NCBI GenBank assembly: GCA_030141605.1
Contig: JAQGDQ010000352.1
Location: 1 to 64,000, forward strand
Source of the DNA: Tubiluchus corallicola
Lineage: Eukaryota; Animalia; Priapulida
Direction: 5' to 3'
DNA: 64,000 nt
The notes under the pieces were generated by a model. The model saw only the letters and a program-made list of their open reading frames with translations, searched no databases and was not told the DNA's origin. Below, in pieces: positions 1 to 13,560 of the stretch. Each line of letters opens with the position of its first letter. Within the stretch, counting starts at the first letter, position 1. The translations under genes and the position numbers were made by a program.

Positions 1-209
1 CACACCTCCGATGCATCAAAGTGCGGTTAAAACTGTAACAGGTTTCAGCAGAGTAATACGTGCTGTGAATAGAGATTTGTACGAAACGAAAGGCTCGAAA
101 GCTGACATACGAAAGGCACAATTTAATCTTAGCTGAAAAGCATAATTTCTCAACATCATTCTTCATTATAAGGTATCATAGTTACGTACAATTAAATACT
201 GAATTCTGA

Positions 210-362
210 TGTCTGTCTGTCAGTCAGCCAGCAAGTCAGTCAGACAGTCAGTCAGTCAATCACACAGTCTGTCAACCGGTTAGTCAGAGATAGTCAGTTA
301 TAGTAAGTCAGTCAGCCAATCAGTCAGTCAGCCAGTCTGTCTGTCTGAATGCCTGCCTGCCT
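210..362. repeat. Degenerate (CAGT)n/(CTGT)n tetranucleotide microsatellite
   Basis: Runs such as gtctgtctgtcagtcagccagc...cagtcagtcagccagtctgtctgtctg. Confidence 0.85.
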
Positions 363-2432
363 GAAGATGAGAAATTTACAGTTGGAACTGAGCAAATCAA
401 ATGCACTGGGATTAAAAAGATACTGTTACGCCTACTCAATTCAAGAAGAACCTATGTTCTATAATTAGCAAAAAAGTTACGAAAACAATTTCTCTGGACA
501 GGTTATTCGTATCTTCACCTTTTTACCGTAGCCAATTGTATTGCCAGGGTTCAAGTACCGACCTTAGATGCTTTTAACTTTCTTGGCATTTTATTTTCCT
601 CGCTTGCTGAAGTAACAGGAGCACGTTTTATTAACTGTAAGGTCGGGAAAAGCAGAAAAACCAAGTGTCCAGGAGAAGCAAACTGCAAGAAGTATTAGTT
701 ATTGTATAAGTATGAGCTAAGTTAGAAAAACTTGCGTTCTTACAGTTTGTCTAAACAACGCTAGAATCATTTGTCTCATTCATAGTGGGCTCTATTGATG
801 TCGGATAATCAATTATCTGTCTGGTTGGTAAGAAAACGAGAGACAAAGATTACCGAAAGAATTATGTAACGAGGCTAATAATAGCATCAGAGAATAAGAA
901 CAGAAATAAAATATTCAACATTATTCCGGGCGTACAAGGCAGCGAATGTGCTATTCCAGGTATCTAGGTAAGTAATCTCATTAATTAGCTTAACCCTTTG
1001 AATAAGAAGTTGTATAGGCACACAACGTAAAATTAATTAACATTATCAGTAGTAGAAAACTGATCGCGGTATATATGAATTCAGTTTCATACTAACACAA
1101 CCTAAATTTTAAAATGTTACTGACTTAAAGGCTATCTGTCACGTCTTTTATGTATCCCTACAGTAAAAGAACCCACTACTGTTAAAAACAATTTCATTTA
1201 AAAGGTGTAACTGTTAACATATATAATTTTACCACAAAAGGTCTTCTGAAAATGATTTTCAAAATTATGCATAACCTTTTTATTACAGTTTTGTAACGTT
1301 CATAAAATCCCTGTTATAGTTCATATGCAGAATATATTATATGTAGTTATAAATACATGTATTCAAAAAAGTCCTCGCTGTTCAAGATTCATTAGCTTCT
1401 CTTAGTTAAACTACAACGTTAGTAGATGGCGCCAGTGGTAAATAACAACACCAAATAATGCATAACGTGGCGAAATGCAGAGGATGATGCACAGGAAATG
1501 GTTGCACAGTGTGTGTTCATGTGCTGAAATGCGCTGACCAAATACTATTATGGACTTTTACATTAAATAAGATACATGAAAATTAGAATTAATTTAGAAT
1601 TAGAATTTAATTTGGTTATTATATGCTCAAATAGACAAATAGAGCTCACAACAAACACAACAGCACATTTCTATTGCAATGTTTCTTTTCGAACACCCTG
1701 TATTAACGCGATAGACGAACTATTATAATCTGACACCCTTATCAGATTATTATACAATTCATCAACTACAGCAACACTATCGCTCAAAACAACACTTTTT
1801 ACTGTACAAGGGCACATGCTCAGTAATATTTATACAAAGCAGAATTCCTTTAATCACAGACCTTCAAACAAAACTACACTGAATTATTTATGGTATCGGC
1901 GGTGTCATAATAATTAACCTTAGTGCGCTGCCATCTGGCGGATGTACAGCTTTATAAAAGATGCAGACTGTATGGACCAGAACAGTGTGACATGCATTTT
2001 GGGGACTAATGGCCAGCTGAATGATTATATAACTAACTCACACCGAGTCATCATTATATGCCCATTACGTCTGTTGTAGACACTGGGCAGGCAGAACTCG
2101 AAAATAAAAGAAATCTGCCCTCAAGACAGGGAAGGGAAACACAGTAATCCAGCATCAGCATCACTTCGACCGAGTGGACGATGCGAAAAAAACTTTTTGA
2201 CAGAAACTTAAAATCAGCTCATGATTTTCAGAACTGCTTGGCAAATTTATTGATTTACTATTTTCAATTTCTGTCACCAATAAACGCTGGCAGATATAGT
2301 GGCTGAGTGACTTTATTCAAGTAACAAAGAAGCGATTGTTAAATAAAAAAGTTACACTTCCAAATTGTTCCTTTAAAGATTATAAAGTAAGATAGGTTGA
2401 AAATACTATTCTGTACACATGTTCATGCTCAC

Positions 2433-2471
2433 CTTTCAAGTTTTTCAACACTTTAAAGCCAGTAAACCATT
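2433..2471 (-). other. Candidate 39-nt micro-exon of an unidentified minus-strand gene running off the left edge
   Basis: Minus strand gtttgtttgcttag|AATGG...GAAAG|gtgagc; phase 1-1, open frame (E)WFTGFKVLKNLK. Confidence 0.3.
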
Positions 2472-3862
2472 CTAAGCAAACAAACTAGCACAACCTAATT
2501 AACATAGTCCCCATCAAACCGTTCGGTTTGTATCTATAGATAAAATATGTTTGGTGGAAATACTGTGATCACTTATAATGTGCTGTAAACTAACTCAAAA
2601 TAAATGAAGTTTATATATATGTATATCAACTATGCATGACTGAAATGGGCAACACTGATAACAAATGTCAAATGAACAATGGCGGGCAGAAACGAAGATG
2701 ATTTAACCAAAGCTATTTGATAAAGTGATAGTAAATCATAAGAAAGAAAATCAGTAACAACGGTGCCAGCTATAAATTTTCGCATCAATAGGTACATGGA
2801 CAACAACAAAACTAATTTCATTAAAACAGAATTATGGAAGGCAGTACTGTAAATCATACAGGCAACATTGCCAACAATCAACGGCAGTTACTAACATCGT
2901 ATTTACAAGACCGAACAGAACAAAATTTATAAATCAAAGCTTAAACAGCAACTGACGTAACCACGGAGACGACCCCATAAATCTGACAAGATTCACAATT
3001 TCGGAAAACAAATTATGTACAGTAATTGTCTATAACCATGGCGTGAAAACTCACTGATAGCATTCTGTCTGACACGACTGGTTAGAATATTATAACTATG
3101 ATGAAAATGCAGTTGTAGCTTGCTGCCCTTTTTATTAACAATTTTCAGTAACATGCACTAACAGTTTCTGTTCTTTCCACACAACATGTAGCATAATTAA
3201 ACACATGTACTGCATGTGCATTAAAACAAATATAAATCTAATAATTGCCTACAGTCATACGTTAATTATTAGACTACTAAATTATTTTACTAAACAACGT
3301 CACTTACCAACTTAGAATATTTATTACTGCGTAAGTTCCTTGTTTTTTTGTCAGAACTTTCCTATATGGTTAACTTTTTAAAATACTTGTTTAGCAGGAA
3401 GCTAAACTGGTGAATCAGACGCGTAAAAAATATTCCAAGCATAGTTTCAATTATTAATTCAAGGCTCTTTAAATTTGCCTAAATGCAGAACTTTGAGAAT
3501 CTAAGTGTTATGAAAGGGGCAAAGATTTCTGAAGCACGTAAATATTACGTGCCTGAAAAACATTACGATAAACATTCTCATAAACAAAGAAAACTGACGC
3601 TGACAAATATTACGTGCTGTGTATGCTTTGTATTACATATAAAACTCAAACAGTTTACATGAACTATACTATATACTATAAAATTTAAAACAAATAGACA
3701 AAAAATGAATATAACATCAAACGTCTTTTTACATAGTTTATTACACTTCCCAAGATTAACCTAAAATGTGGAAAAACGTTCAAGTTTATAACACGGTATG
3801 GTGTATACTTATGATGAGTACTATCCAGTTTCGACATTATTATAGATAACAGACGCGCTTAC

Positions 3863-3883
3863 CTTGTGTTGGACATTGTGTTC
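3863..3883 (-). other. Candidate 21-nt micro-exon
   Basis: Minus strand tatttttgtag|GAACACAATGTCCAACACAAG|gtaagc; strong acceptor and donor; joins in frame (phase 1) to 2433-2471. Confidence 0.35.
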
Positions 3884-3919
3884 CTACAAAAATACTAAAC
3901 TACGTTTATTGAAATAAGA

Positions 3920-4040
3920 TATAGACGATAAAGCCATAGCAAATTTCTTATAGACGATACAGGCCATAGCAAATTTCATATAGACGATACATGCCACAGC
4001 AAATTTCATACAGACGATACAGGACACAGCAAATTTCTGC
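3920..4040. repeat. ~30-bp minisatellite, about 4 copies
   Basis: Unit ATAGACGATACAGGCCATAGCAAATTTCAT repeated with substitutions. Confidence 0.9.
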
Positions 4041-6009
4041 AAAACGACTCAGATGAAGTTTTAACTGATTGCATTCATTCGCTACCACTCATTTCTATAA
4101 TAATTAACTGCAGACAAAAACACGCATGATACAAACATAACAACTTCAGTACCTGTGCAGGAATAGACCATTAGAACTGTCAGAAGGGGGCGTTTCAAAA
4201 TAAACAAATTTCACAGTGCAAACTAATAAATTTCACCTACACCGAGACGACTATTATTATTCCCATTTAACAATGTTATCAAGAATAAATAACTGTGTCT
4301 GAAGAAAAGTATTAGAAGTTGATTTACTGACTAGTAAACAATATGAAGTACTTTCAGTACAAAGGTAATCATGTATAAACAAACTCAAAGTTGGGAGAGT
4401 ACACTCAGCGTAGATTGTAAATAAATTATACAAACATTATAATTTCAAAGTCAAGTATGGGAGGAAATGGATGCTACACATTTTGAACTGGCGGCCCGTG
4501 TTTGATCTAGAGCGTGAACTGCTCTGTTCCAGCTAATTGTAGGAAGAGAGAATTAATTTTACCTCACAGTTTATTGAAATAAGTGCTATGTGAACACTAA
4601 ATAGTTGCCTTTCCCACCCTGCTCGTTTTCGACGTAGCATAAGGTCACTCATTGCGTCACCGTCATTAATTTTATATCATTGTCATCACCCAACTGTTCT
4701 GATGCGATGGTAATCAAATTTTGCCTTTTGCAATGCTTGGGAATTCCACTTACAGGAAATGCAATTTATTCCTAAAGCGAGGCATGATATTCCCTTTTTT
4801 ATCATTGCTCCTTTTTCCAATGTAAACTGCAGCTTTAATATTCGTCTGCTACTCAAACGCTGGAATATTTTTTAAAGCAGGTAATCAATTCTGAAATTGC
4901 CCCTGAAGAATTGCTCCAAAACACGTTTAATCACAATTTACTAAACTGGAAGAGTTCACTTTATCATTCTCTACACTGACACAAAATGTTCTACCAAAGC
5001 TACTGCCTGTTAATCGGTAACTTTCTCTGATTTTGCTAAGCGTAGTAGCAAACTCGTACCAGCTCCTTATATATATTGGTGGCGCCAGAAACCAAGTTTA
5101 TGCTGACAAGGTACAGATATGTAAAAACGCAATCTGCATTTCACAATCTTATAAAACTAGCAAGTATTTATAGCTTACGTACCACACAATTTAAACCAAG
5201 TTAAATTAAAGTCAAACTAAACACTCACTATAATATGAGCTTTTACAACTTAAAATCCTGCTCTCATTACGAATATTCAATTTATTTTATTATAAACTTA
5301 CTGTAAAACTTGTTTCTTTTGATTTTTATCACTTCATTGTTAGCGGTATTAAATTTGATGGACCGCCATTTTTCGTTGCGGGAGGCGAATGACGTTATGA
5401 GTGCAGTCACGAGGTCACCAAAGATCGGTAAACAAACATCGGTAATCAAAGACACTTTCAGTACCTCGCATTCGAAATTCGACAGAAAAAGCTAAGTTAT
5501 TTAATTTATAAGTCTCTTTTGTTTAATAATAACTATGAATTCTTTGTGTAATCATTAATAATGCGTTAAAAAACAACAATGTCAGTCGGACTTATATAGG
5601 CCTTTAATAAACACAGGTGTGAAGTCACACGTGTGTAGTATATCATTAATTTTCACTTAGGCCTACTTGTACTTTCTGTATGGCTGATAAGCTTGTATCA
5701 ATTAAACTCATGATTTCGAATTTGATTCTGAACATTTTTGACAAAATAATCGCTCATTAAAAGCCAAAGAATGCAAACGCTGTGACGTGTGCGTGCTACG
5801 AGGTACAAAAAATTTCACATTCACGCAGAAATAACACTGCTGGCACTTTCTCAACAAAAACGTGATTATAACGTTAAGCCAATTTACTTTGGCCAAAACT
5901 TGCACTTTTAATGAACACAAGCAAAGCAACTGTCATATAAATGCATTGGTAATCAGAGAAAAAAGAATGCAGGCTTTATGTGTTCAGCAAAATTATTCGG
6001 TCACATGTG

Positions 6010-6210
6010 AGGGCGGATCTATCCTTACAAAGGTAAGGGCAAGGGCCTGCCCGGTGATTTCAGGGCCCTGTGTCCTGACACTTTGTGCGCATACAGATTC
6101 CTGTGACATTATTTAGTTTCAGAAACATTTTACGTACTTTTAATTGATCTGGAATATTTGAGCGGGGTGGAGCGGGGAGAGGGGCGCGTTCTAGCTGCAG
6201 ATCCGCCCCG
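6010..6210. mobile_element. Short MITE with GGGCGGATCT...AGATCCGCCC terminal inverted repeats (hAT-like)
   Basis: gggcggatct at ~6011 and agatccgcccc at ~6199; no clear TSD. Confidence 0.55.
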
Positions 6211-7584
6211 GTTACAGTTTAATAACCTCACTTACTGGTATAACGGCACAGTAGAATAACCGATAATTTCACTATAATAAATAAAAGTTTATTTACTCTT
6301 CAGATCAACAACCGAGAATGTAGAGCAAGTCAGATTACAAGCAACACGGAGAATTTCGTTAATCTATCGTAACTCCACTGAATTTTTAGTTGAGGCTGTT
6401 CGTATTATGACAGTAATTATGTGCACATACACAGATAATTAGGTACATACTGCTAAGCCAACATTTTGATTAGTAGTTTTGGTAACTTTGTTAACTGTAA
6501 TAATAACTAACCAATCGCAGAACTAAAGCAAACTATACATAATATAATTTTGTTAGTTTTTTATGGAGAGCTTTTTATGTTTGTTTATTGAACTAACATT
6601 ACATACATTACATTACAAACAAACAAGACAGATTTAATCAACAGTGAAAGGAACGTTTGCTAGAGACAAAATTCCCATTGAAAAGGAATATTGTGGCTCG
6701 AACTTACAGAACAATTCGTATAAGTATTATAAATATTAATTATAACAACAATGTTATAATAAGGTAGTATAACTCTTCACACAATTGTATCTAGATTTTA
6801 TATAGACAGTAATTATATCATTCCTAGTTTGAATATACTTTCATCACAAAAAAAAACAATTGAGTTTTCCACTTTAATCATGTTGAGAACGTCTCTGTTA
6901 CGTTCCTTTAATGCCAGTACAGAATTTAGCTGGCTCTCTCCAGAAATGATTATCGTTCATTTCCAGCTACGTGTGTAAAGCTCACTCTAACTCCCTCTCA
7001 GAGGCAGGGGGACTAAATGATTTAGTTTACTTTATTCAGTGAAATTGCGGCAAAAGCTAGATTAGGGTACAGTAATATTTTTTGTATAGCAAATTTACAA
7101 TTTTTGTATAATTGTCAAGTCACTGTAATAGTTTTACCACTGAAGCACTATTTTATATCATGAGGTTAGCTTTGTGATATGTGTCGGCTTAATAGCTCTT
7201 AGGGGCTAGGGTTTTTATGTTTATACACCGACTTTAAATAAATTTTTATTTGATGTGATTTTGATACCAATTAGCAAGGCGAACGTATTTGGAAAATGAT
7301 ACAGATATAATTCTTTTTGAATATTTTTTTCGTGTAGCAAGGCGACATCACTTTAAGTCCATGTACAGTTCTGTATTTGGAAAAATTAACATGTATTGGA
7401 GATTGAACATGAACAATATTATACTGCACAGCACATAATTACACGGCAGCAGAAGCCTATTAAGTGGTGTTCACATCCCTTTTAAACACATTCGAGGAAT
7501 AAAGTCTATTTCCTCTCTCACTAGCTTAGATTTTCGTTAGTTTTAAATATATTTCAACAAGGAATGGAGAAATCTCGCCAGCTT

Positions 7585-8070
7585 TAGTGATGGGTTATTT
7601 TGAAATTTTGTAATTCGAATAAAATCTTACTCTGGTAATTCGATGACACGATTAATCTTTTGCAGCAATTTTTAGTGTTTGGCCATATTTAACAAGCATT
7701 GTAGCACTGAAGGATAGCCAATAAACTTATTCACGGCTTTCGTCGCTGTCTGCCATTTTCGCACTAGAAAACTATATGCATATTCATTAACTGTACTCTC
7801 TTACTATGTCACTAAACACGTCACGTGAAAACGAATTTAAAGCCTTCAGTATGCAACATGCTATAATTTGCAATTGTGCATATTGTGTAAGGTGAGCAAA
7901 ACGAAGAAAAAAATGCAAAGGTTCTGTTTATTTGTGCTAAAGTACTGCCTTTTAGTCAACGTGTAATACATATATTTTGCTCTGGGTTAATTAAATTACT
8001 GTTCAATCGCCGATTATATCGATTTATACATGGTTGTAATTCGATTAATCGATTTAATCACCCATCACTA
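7585..8070. mobile_element. Non-autonomous hAT element (486 bp)
   Basis: TIRs TAGTGATGGG / CCCATCACTA; perfect 8-bp TSD GCCAGCTT (7577-7584 and 8071-8078); subterminal TCGATTAATCGA motifs. Confidence 0.9.
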
Positions 8071-10583
8071 GCCAGCTTTCTTATGTGTACGTAACAATAC
8101 ACTGTGACATATAAATAAAAGTAAAGTTAGGTTAGCCTCCTAAAATCTTGAACTTTATCCCGAGTTAGAACAGTTACTTATCAACTGCTACAGTGCAAGT
8201 AGCACTTAATAATGATGAAGCATGATTCAAGCAGGACCAGGAAGTAGCCAAGTAGGAAGGCACACCTCTTGAACAATCTGGGTACAAAAAAACTTGCAAA
8301 AAAAGCAAGGCAAAAGCCAACAAACAGACTAACTTCAACGCAGAGAACCTGTTTTATAACAGCGTCAGAAATTGACGGAAAATTGCTGAGTAAATAAAAT
8401 TCAATTACTGCAACATCAGCAAAGACAAATAAGCCAGAAGAACTCGCAAATTAATTTGTGTATTTCCAAAGTTCAGGATGAAACAATTTGGGCGGAAATC
8501 TCATCCTGGTGATACTACCTTATTAATGCACATGGTACACATTATATATACGTTTACTTACACCTATAAATTAATACAACCGATTATTACAAAATAAAAT
8601 GAAATAAAATAAAAAATATTTTCCACGATTTATTCTCCAATCCCACATACAGTGCTTCTTTGCTGAAGTGCACACCACAAATATTTAATTCTGTTGTTTT
8701 TATTTAATCAAATAAGTATTTGTACTTCACTGGTGACAGCCAAACCTCTTCAGGACTTCAGCATGTTTAATTTACACCTTAACAAGTGCACTGTTGACTC
8801 AGAAAAATTTTCTTAACTTTTGAAATGCTACATTAATGCAAATAAATTTCTACTCAGTCTAGTTGTTCTACCACGCATTTATTGCAGCTGCTTCTGACAA
8901 CTTCCTTGAGCGCAAGAGCGTCAACACTTTGCACCCACCCTGTAGGGCGCCTAGCAAAGTTTATTCACATTGTGTACATCATATCATGCAATTTTACAAT
9001 AAAGCAATCATACATTGCATGTGCACAGTAATAGATAGCGCCAACTTCAAGATAAGTTATAAAATAATCTATTAGTATTTCAAAACTAAAACCAGAAATT
9101 TAAGTTCAAAAGGGCTACTACCACAAAACGAAGTTTAAACCTTTCTATATTAGTAGGAAGCGGTGTGGGTGTACGCCCAGATGAATCATGCCCCCACAGG
9201 CAATTTTGCGATCAGATTGACTTCATGGTTGTGACAATGGCTGTGGAGTCTTTTAACGTGTGATTTCTATCGCACACTGCAATCATTATAACTCAATAAA
9301 AGAAAAGAAAGCATTTAAATTTTATTTAAAAATTAAAAGAATCCTGTAACGTGTACAAATGAAAACTGAATCTCCTGAATTTTGGAGGTTTGATGCAAGC
9401 AAATATTTGTAACTTTATAGGCTTAGTAGGCATCAGGGCAGTTCCACAAATTTTTTTTAAGTACATGTCCATCCTCAGGCACCGCTGCCTCACTGTTGAC
9501 CACGACTAGTTGAGTTCACCAGGCACATTAATTTTTGGCAGAGCTAGACTAGAGCTGCAATTTTTGCAAACTGCCTATCCAACTCTTATTTTAACTTTCC
9601 ATGTAAATATAAAGTAAGCAATATTCCTTCACTTTAATTAATATACATCCAAATGAACACAGTGACTGTATTTAAGCCACGGTATCGACACCAAATAAAA
9701 TCATGCAGTCACTTTGGTGGGCACAAATTCCAACACTAGGTAATATCACATGCTAAGTACAAAAACATCTTTAACCACAATCTTGTAAGTGTAACTAACC
9801 ATAATTATTTAAAAATCTAAAACAAATTTACAAATTAGTAAAATCTTCAACCATCTTTCACCAAGAATGAAGAGCTACTAACATTTGGTTAAGGATGAAT
9901 TTGTACCTAGCAAGGTGACTGATTCTGATTTTCGTTGGTGTTGATACCATGGAATAAATATAGTCACCATGTTCATTTGAATGTAATTTAACTTAGGTGA
10001 ACTAATATACAACTAATAAACAAAGACGCTATACAACATCAAAAACTTCAGCCTCTCTTCCTCTAGGTTTGACTGTTATTCTGTTTTTCCTTTCTCACCT
10101 CTGTACACTGACGTAATAACGTAACAAAAGGGTTTATCAATTTTGTTCTTGCAAATAACAAGTCTCCACACATTCATGTATCTGATATGCATATTATGCC
10201 CATAAGGTGTAGATCTGTTAAGTCTAATTTCATATTTCAGAAGTTAAATATGTAGGAGCTAGAATAAGGAGTTTACTACATATGGAAAAATATGACTTAA
10301 CTTTTGTAATTTCAAATAGGATTGTGTTTTGCTTTATTTTAGAACAGGACCTTTGACACAATAACAGTTTTACCGATGTTCACAAATTTAGGTGGCTACT
10401 AGGAGCTATTAAAGGTAGGGCACTATTAAGGTACCCTATGGAATACATTGCGAAAACTTGACAGGATTACCAAAGGAAATGACCTTTGTATGACATTTGT
10501 ATGACTTTTGACCTTTACAATTCGAATTTAAAATTTAATGTTTGAAAGAAGTAAAACAGTTGCTTTATGTCAACATTACTGAG

Positions 10584-10665
10584 ATGGCTAAAGTTTTCAA
10601 TTCCCCCCCCACGTGAGGAGTTAGTTCGTGAAGCAGATTAGGATTTGGTTTAGGGTATTTAAATC
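10584..10665 (-). mobile_element. Partial copy of the telomere-motif MITE at 60595-60737
   Basis: Reverse complement aligns by eye with 60620-60735 (ggctaaagttttcaattcccc...ttaggatttggtttagggtatttaaat). Confidence 0.6.
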
Positions 10666-10795
10666 AGTGCATCTGCCATAAAGACAGTAGATAAAAAGCA
10701 ATACAACAAGGTAACGATACCATAAATAAAATATATTATCTCTATAAAAACAGATTTCAATTGTCAACAAAATAAATGAAATTCCATCCACTTAA

Positions 10796-11548
10796 TTAAT
10801 GCTTAATTGCTTTCTTCCATCCTCGAATAATGCAATAAAACCAATAGACCTGCACCGACAATATCAAAGCACAGCCCATATTGCATTTCATTGGTATAAC
10901 TTTTATAACGGATAGCATGTCGAGTCTGTATTGATTACCATAAGACCAATACATGAATGGAAACAGTAGTATGCGGAACATAAAAAATGATATGGTCATG
11001 GCAACTCCATTAGCTACATACAAGCCAGTGTTCTTCTTGCGGAGGGTACTTAGCACAGAACGTAAAGACACAAACGGTGTGCTCATCTCTGCCATGTAAA
11101 AGCACCCTACGAAAAAGTCACCCCGATTGTTGCGCAGATGGAGCACACACGGAGCAAAAATGCACAGTAGGATGAGATGATGAATTACAAAAAGACCTTT
11201 GCTTTGCATAAAGTTCTTTTTCAAAACACTGTGTGAACACATAAAAGCAACGTACATCGCAACAATGTCGTAGACCAAATAAGAAATGCCAAAGTAGGCG
11301 TAGTTATTGACTAAAGGGTGTCTATCGTTCATGACATCGGAAGAACACTTGTAAATGATGATCGCGCCTACTGTAGAACACATTAGGCCCTGTACAGCTG
11401 ACACCAACATGGTTGTAATATCCAAAATAGCACCGAGTCCATAATGTCGCAATCGATGGCGCGATATTAAAAAAATGATCAGAAACATCACAGGAAAGAA
11501 CAAAATCCCAGCACCAAATAAAATCATAGACATCTTGTTAGCTAGCAT
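10796..11548 (-). CDS. TLCD3: TLC (TRAM/LAG1/CLN8) domain membrane protein, TLCD3/FAM57-like; single coding exon
   Basis: 250-aa multi-pass ORF with TLC motifs: YLVYD, VIHHL, GDFFVGCFYMAEMSTPFVSLR, NG...FFMFRILLFPFMYW, QVYWF; splice acceptor cag|G just upstream (exon starts 11577). Confidence 0.9.
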   Translation of the reverse strand: MLANKMSMILFGAGILFFPVMFLIIFLISRHRLRHYGLGAILDITTMLVSAVQGLMCSTVGAIIIYKCSSDVMNDRHPLVNNYAYFGISYLVYDIVAMYVAFMCSHSVLKKNFMQSKGLFVIHHLILLCIFAPCVLHLRNNRGDFFVGCFYMAEMSTPFVSLRSVLSTLRKKNTGLYVANGVAMTISFFMFRILLFPFMYWSYGNQYRLDMLSVIKVIPMKCNMGCALILSVQVYWFYCIIRGWKKAIKH

Positions 11549-13378
11549 GAGTTTACATGAAAACTAGCAGCTAACACCTGGTAAAACAAAACAATAGTTA
11601 CCACTAATAGAAGACATCAGTTAGGGGTGGTACATAAAATACATTTATTCTTAAATTGCATTTAAATGTACTACATAAGCTGTGATGTTTAGTTCAGTTT
11701 AATAATAATGTTATTATAATATTATTTTATCATACCGAATGATATACATTCTTTCATCAAATTAACAATATTTTAACAAACTAAGCTACTTTTGGTGACA
11801 AAACCAAATAAAATTGTACAAGTTTAATAAAAGTGTATGTAGGCCATTTGCATACATGTACAAGCTTTCGTTCAAAATCTAGATGTATATCTACTGCTCA
11901 AAAATAATTACAATTTACAAAAACACTTCATCGTGTTCAATACTGTCAATACTACATCAAAGTTACTTGACAAACAAGCAATATCATTTTTCTATCATAA
12001 AATACTACGCATTCACTAAATTGTCAACTGTGTATTACATCTGAGTTTACAGATTAGAAAACTATACCTATTTTCTATTAAAATGACTGTCCAGGTTATT
12101 GCACCTACTCATTTCAAGCAACTGACAAAAGCATCAAAATAAAAAACAATACTTCACAACAAGGATAATAACCAGTTAATCGGTCACAATAGCAGTGCTC
12201 TTCAATACAGGAACTTAAACTGGCAACCCTGCACACTTCATAAAAGTATTTTAAACTATTCTGCTGACAATTCTCACATTATACTCACATGTATGGTTCC
12301 AAATATACAGGTAGCCTATAGATAAATTTATAAATAAAGAAATAAACACTATTCTACAAGCACTACTGATTAATCCATCTTCCATGTTTTCCACCACAGG
12401 TAGTTTGAGGTTGACTAACTTATTATTCTGTCGATAGGCATTTGCTCTACAACCGTATAAGTCAGTTCAGGGTCTATAGATGTGAAGATAAAGTACGAAG
12501 GTCAAACAAGATATGTCAAACATTTACAAGTTCAATACTCTCACAAATTAATCTAAAATTTATATAGCAGAGTGTTTAATAGAGTAGATAATATCATGTT
12601 GCAGTTGCACAGCTCTTAACGCTGTTCAACGTACTCTCAATTATTGTTCAACATTAAGTTAAATATATTTTCTGATTTGTATGTAGTTGCTAATTTAATT
12701 TTGTCAGTGGGCAAACAGTGACAGCCACATTGTGTTTATCTCGTTATGTGCATTTTATTTGCCTATTTGATAGACAAAGGTGTTTAAATGGCTTGATGAC
12801 CAATTGGTCTTTCGCTGCCCTTTCTCCTGCACCCCCTAACTCTTTCCTTTATGCATAATTTATCCTGAATAATTAATAATTACAGCAATTATAGCCTATT
12901 TGTATTCTGGTGTAAATGAGGAGATAAATAAATTGTTTATGTCTATGGCTATGTCTATCATTTCAATCATGTATTATCAATTTACTTTTTTCTACTAGTG
13001 TCAGTCTAGTTTAGGAGTAACAAAACACTAACATAGCATTCCTTGAGAAAGTGTACTGAAGTAACATAACCTACCCCACAGTACAGCACTTAAACGTATT
13101 AGTGGCGCATTCTAAGTGTTTATTTATCTATACAAACCATGTATTTGGCTGAACCAACAGATGCTAGCAATATACAACAACATTATAGCATCACACTGGG
13201 TGGAACTGCAAGCCGCTGAGGGCTACTGATATTAAAAATACTTGCTAGCTCATGCAGATGCGCTTTTGTGGGGGTTCCCGACTATATATAGTGATTTGAA
13301 ATTAAACATTTCAAATTTTCTTTTCAACTCTAGAATGATAAATACAATATCGTCATAAAAATAACAGTTAAAACTCAC

Positions 13379-13560
13379 CCAAGTCCTAAGGCTATCAAAA
13401 TAAAAGTTTTCTCAGTGCATAGCTGACATCAGAAATGAACACCATCACAACTTTCTCAAAATTCAAACAGCAACTGCACTGTTAACTATACTATAACGAT
13501 CTCTCAGACTATCACTGTACAATAACTGTATCAGCTAACCAGAGCAATGTCAGAGCTCCC
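13379..13560 (-). other. Candidate non-coding first exon of the TLCD3-like gene
   Basis: Minus-strand donor GG|GTGAGT at 13378 upstream of the 11578 acceptor; 5' boundary is a guess. Confidence 0.35.
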
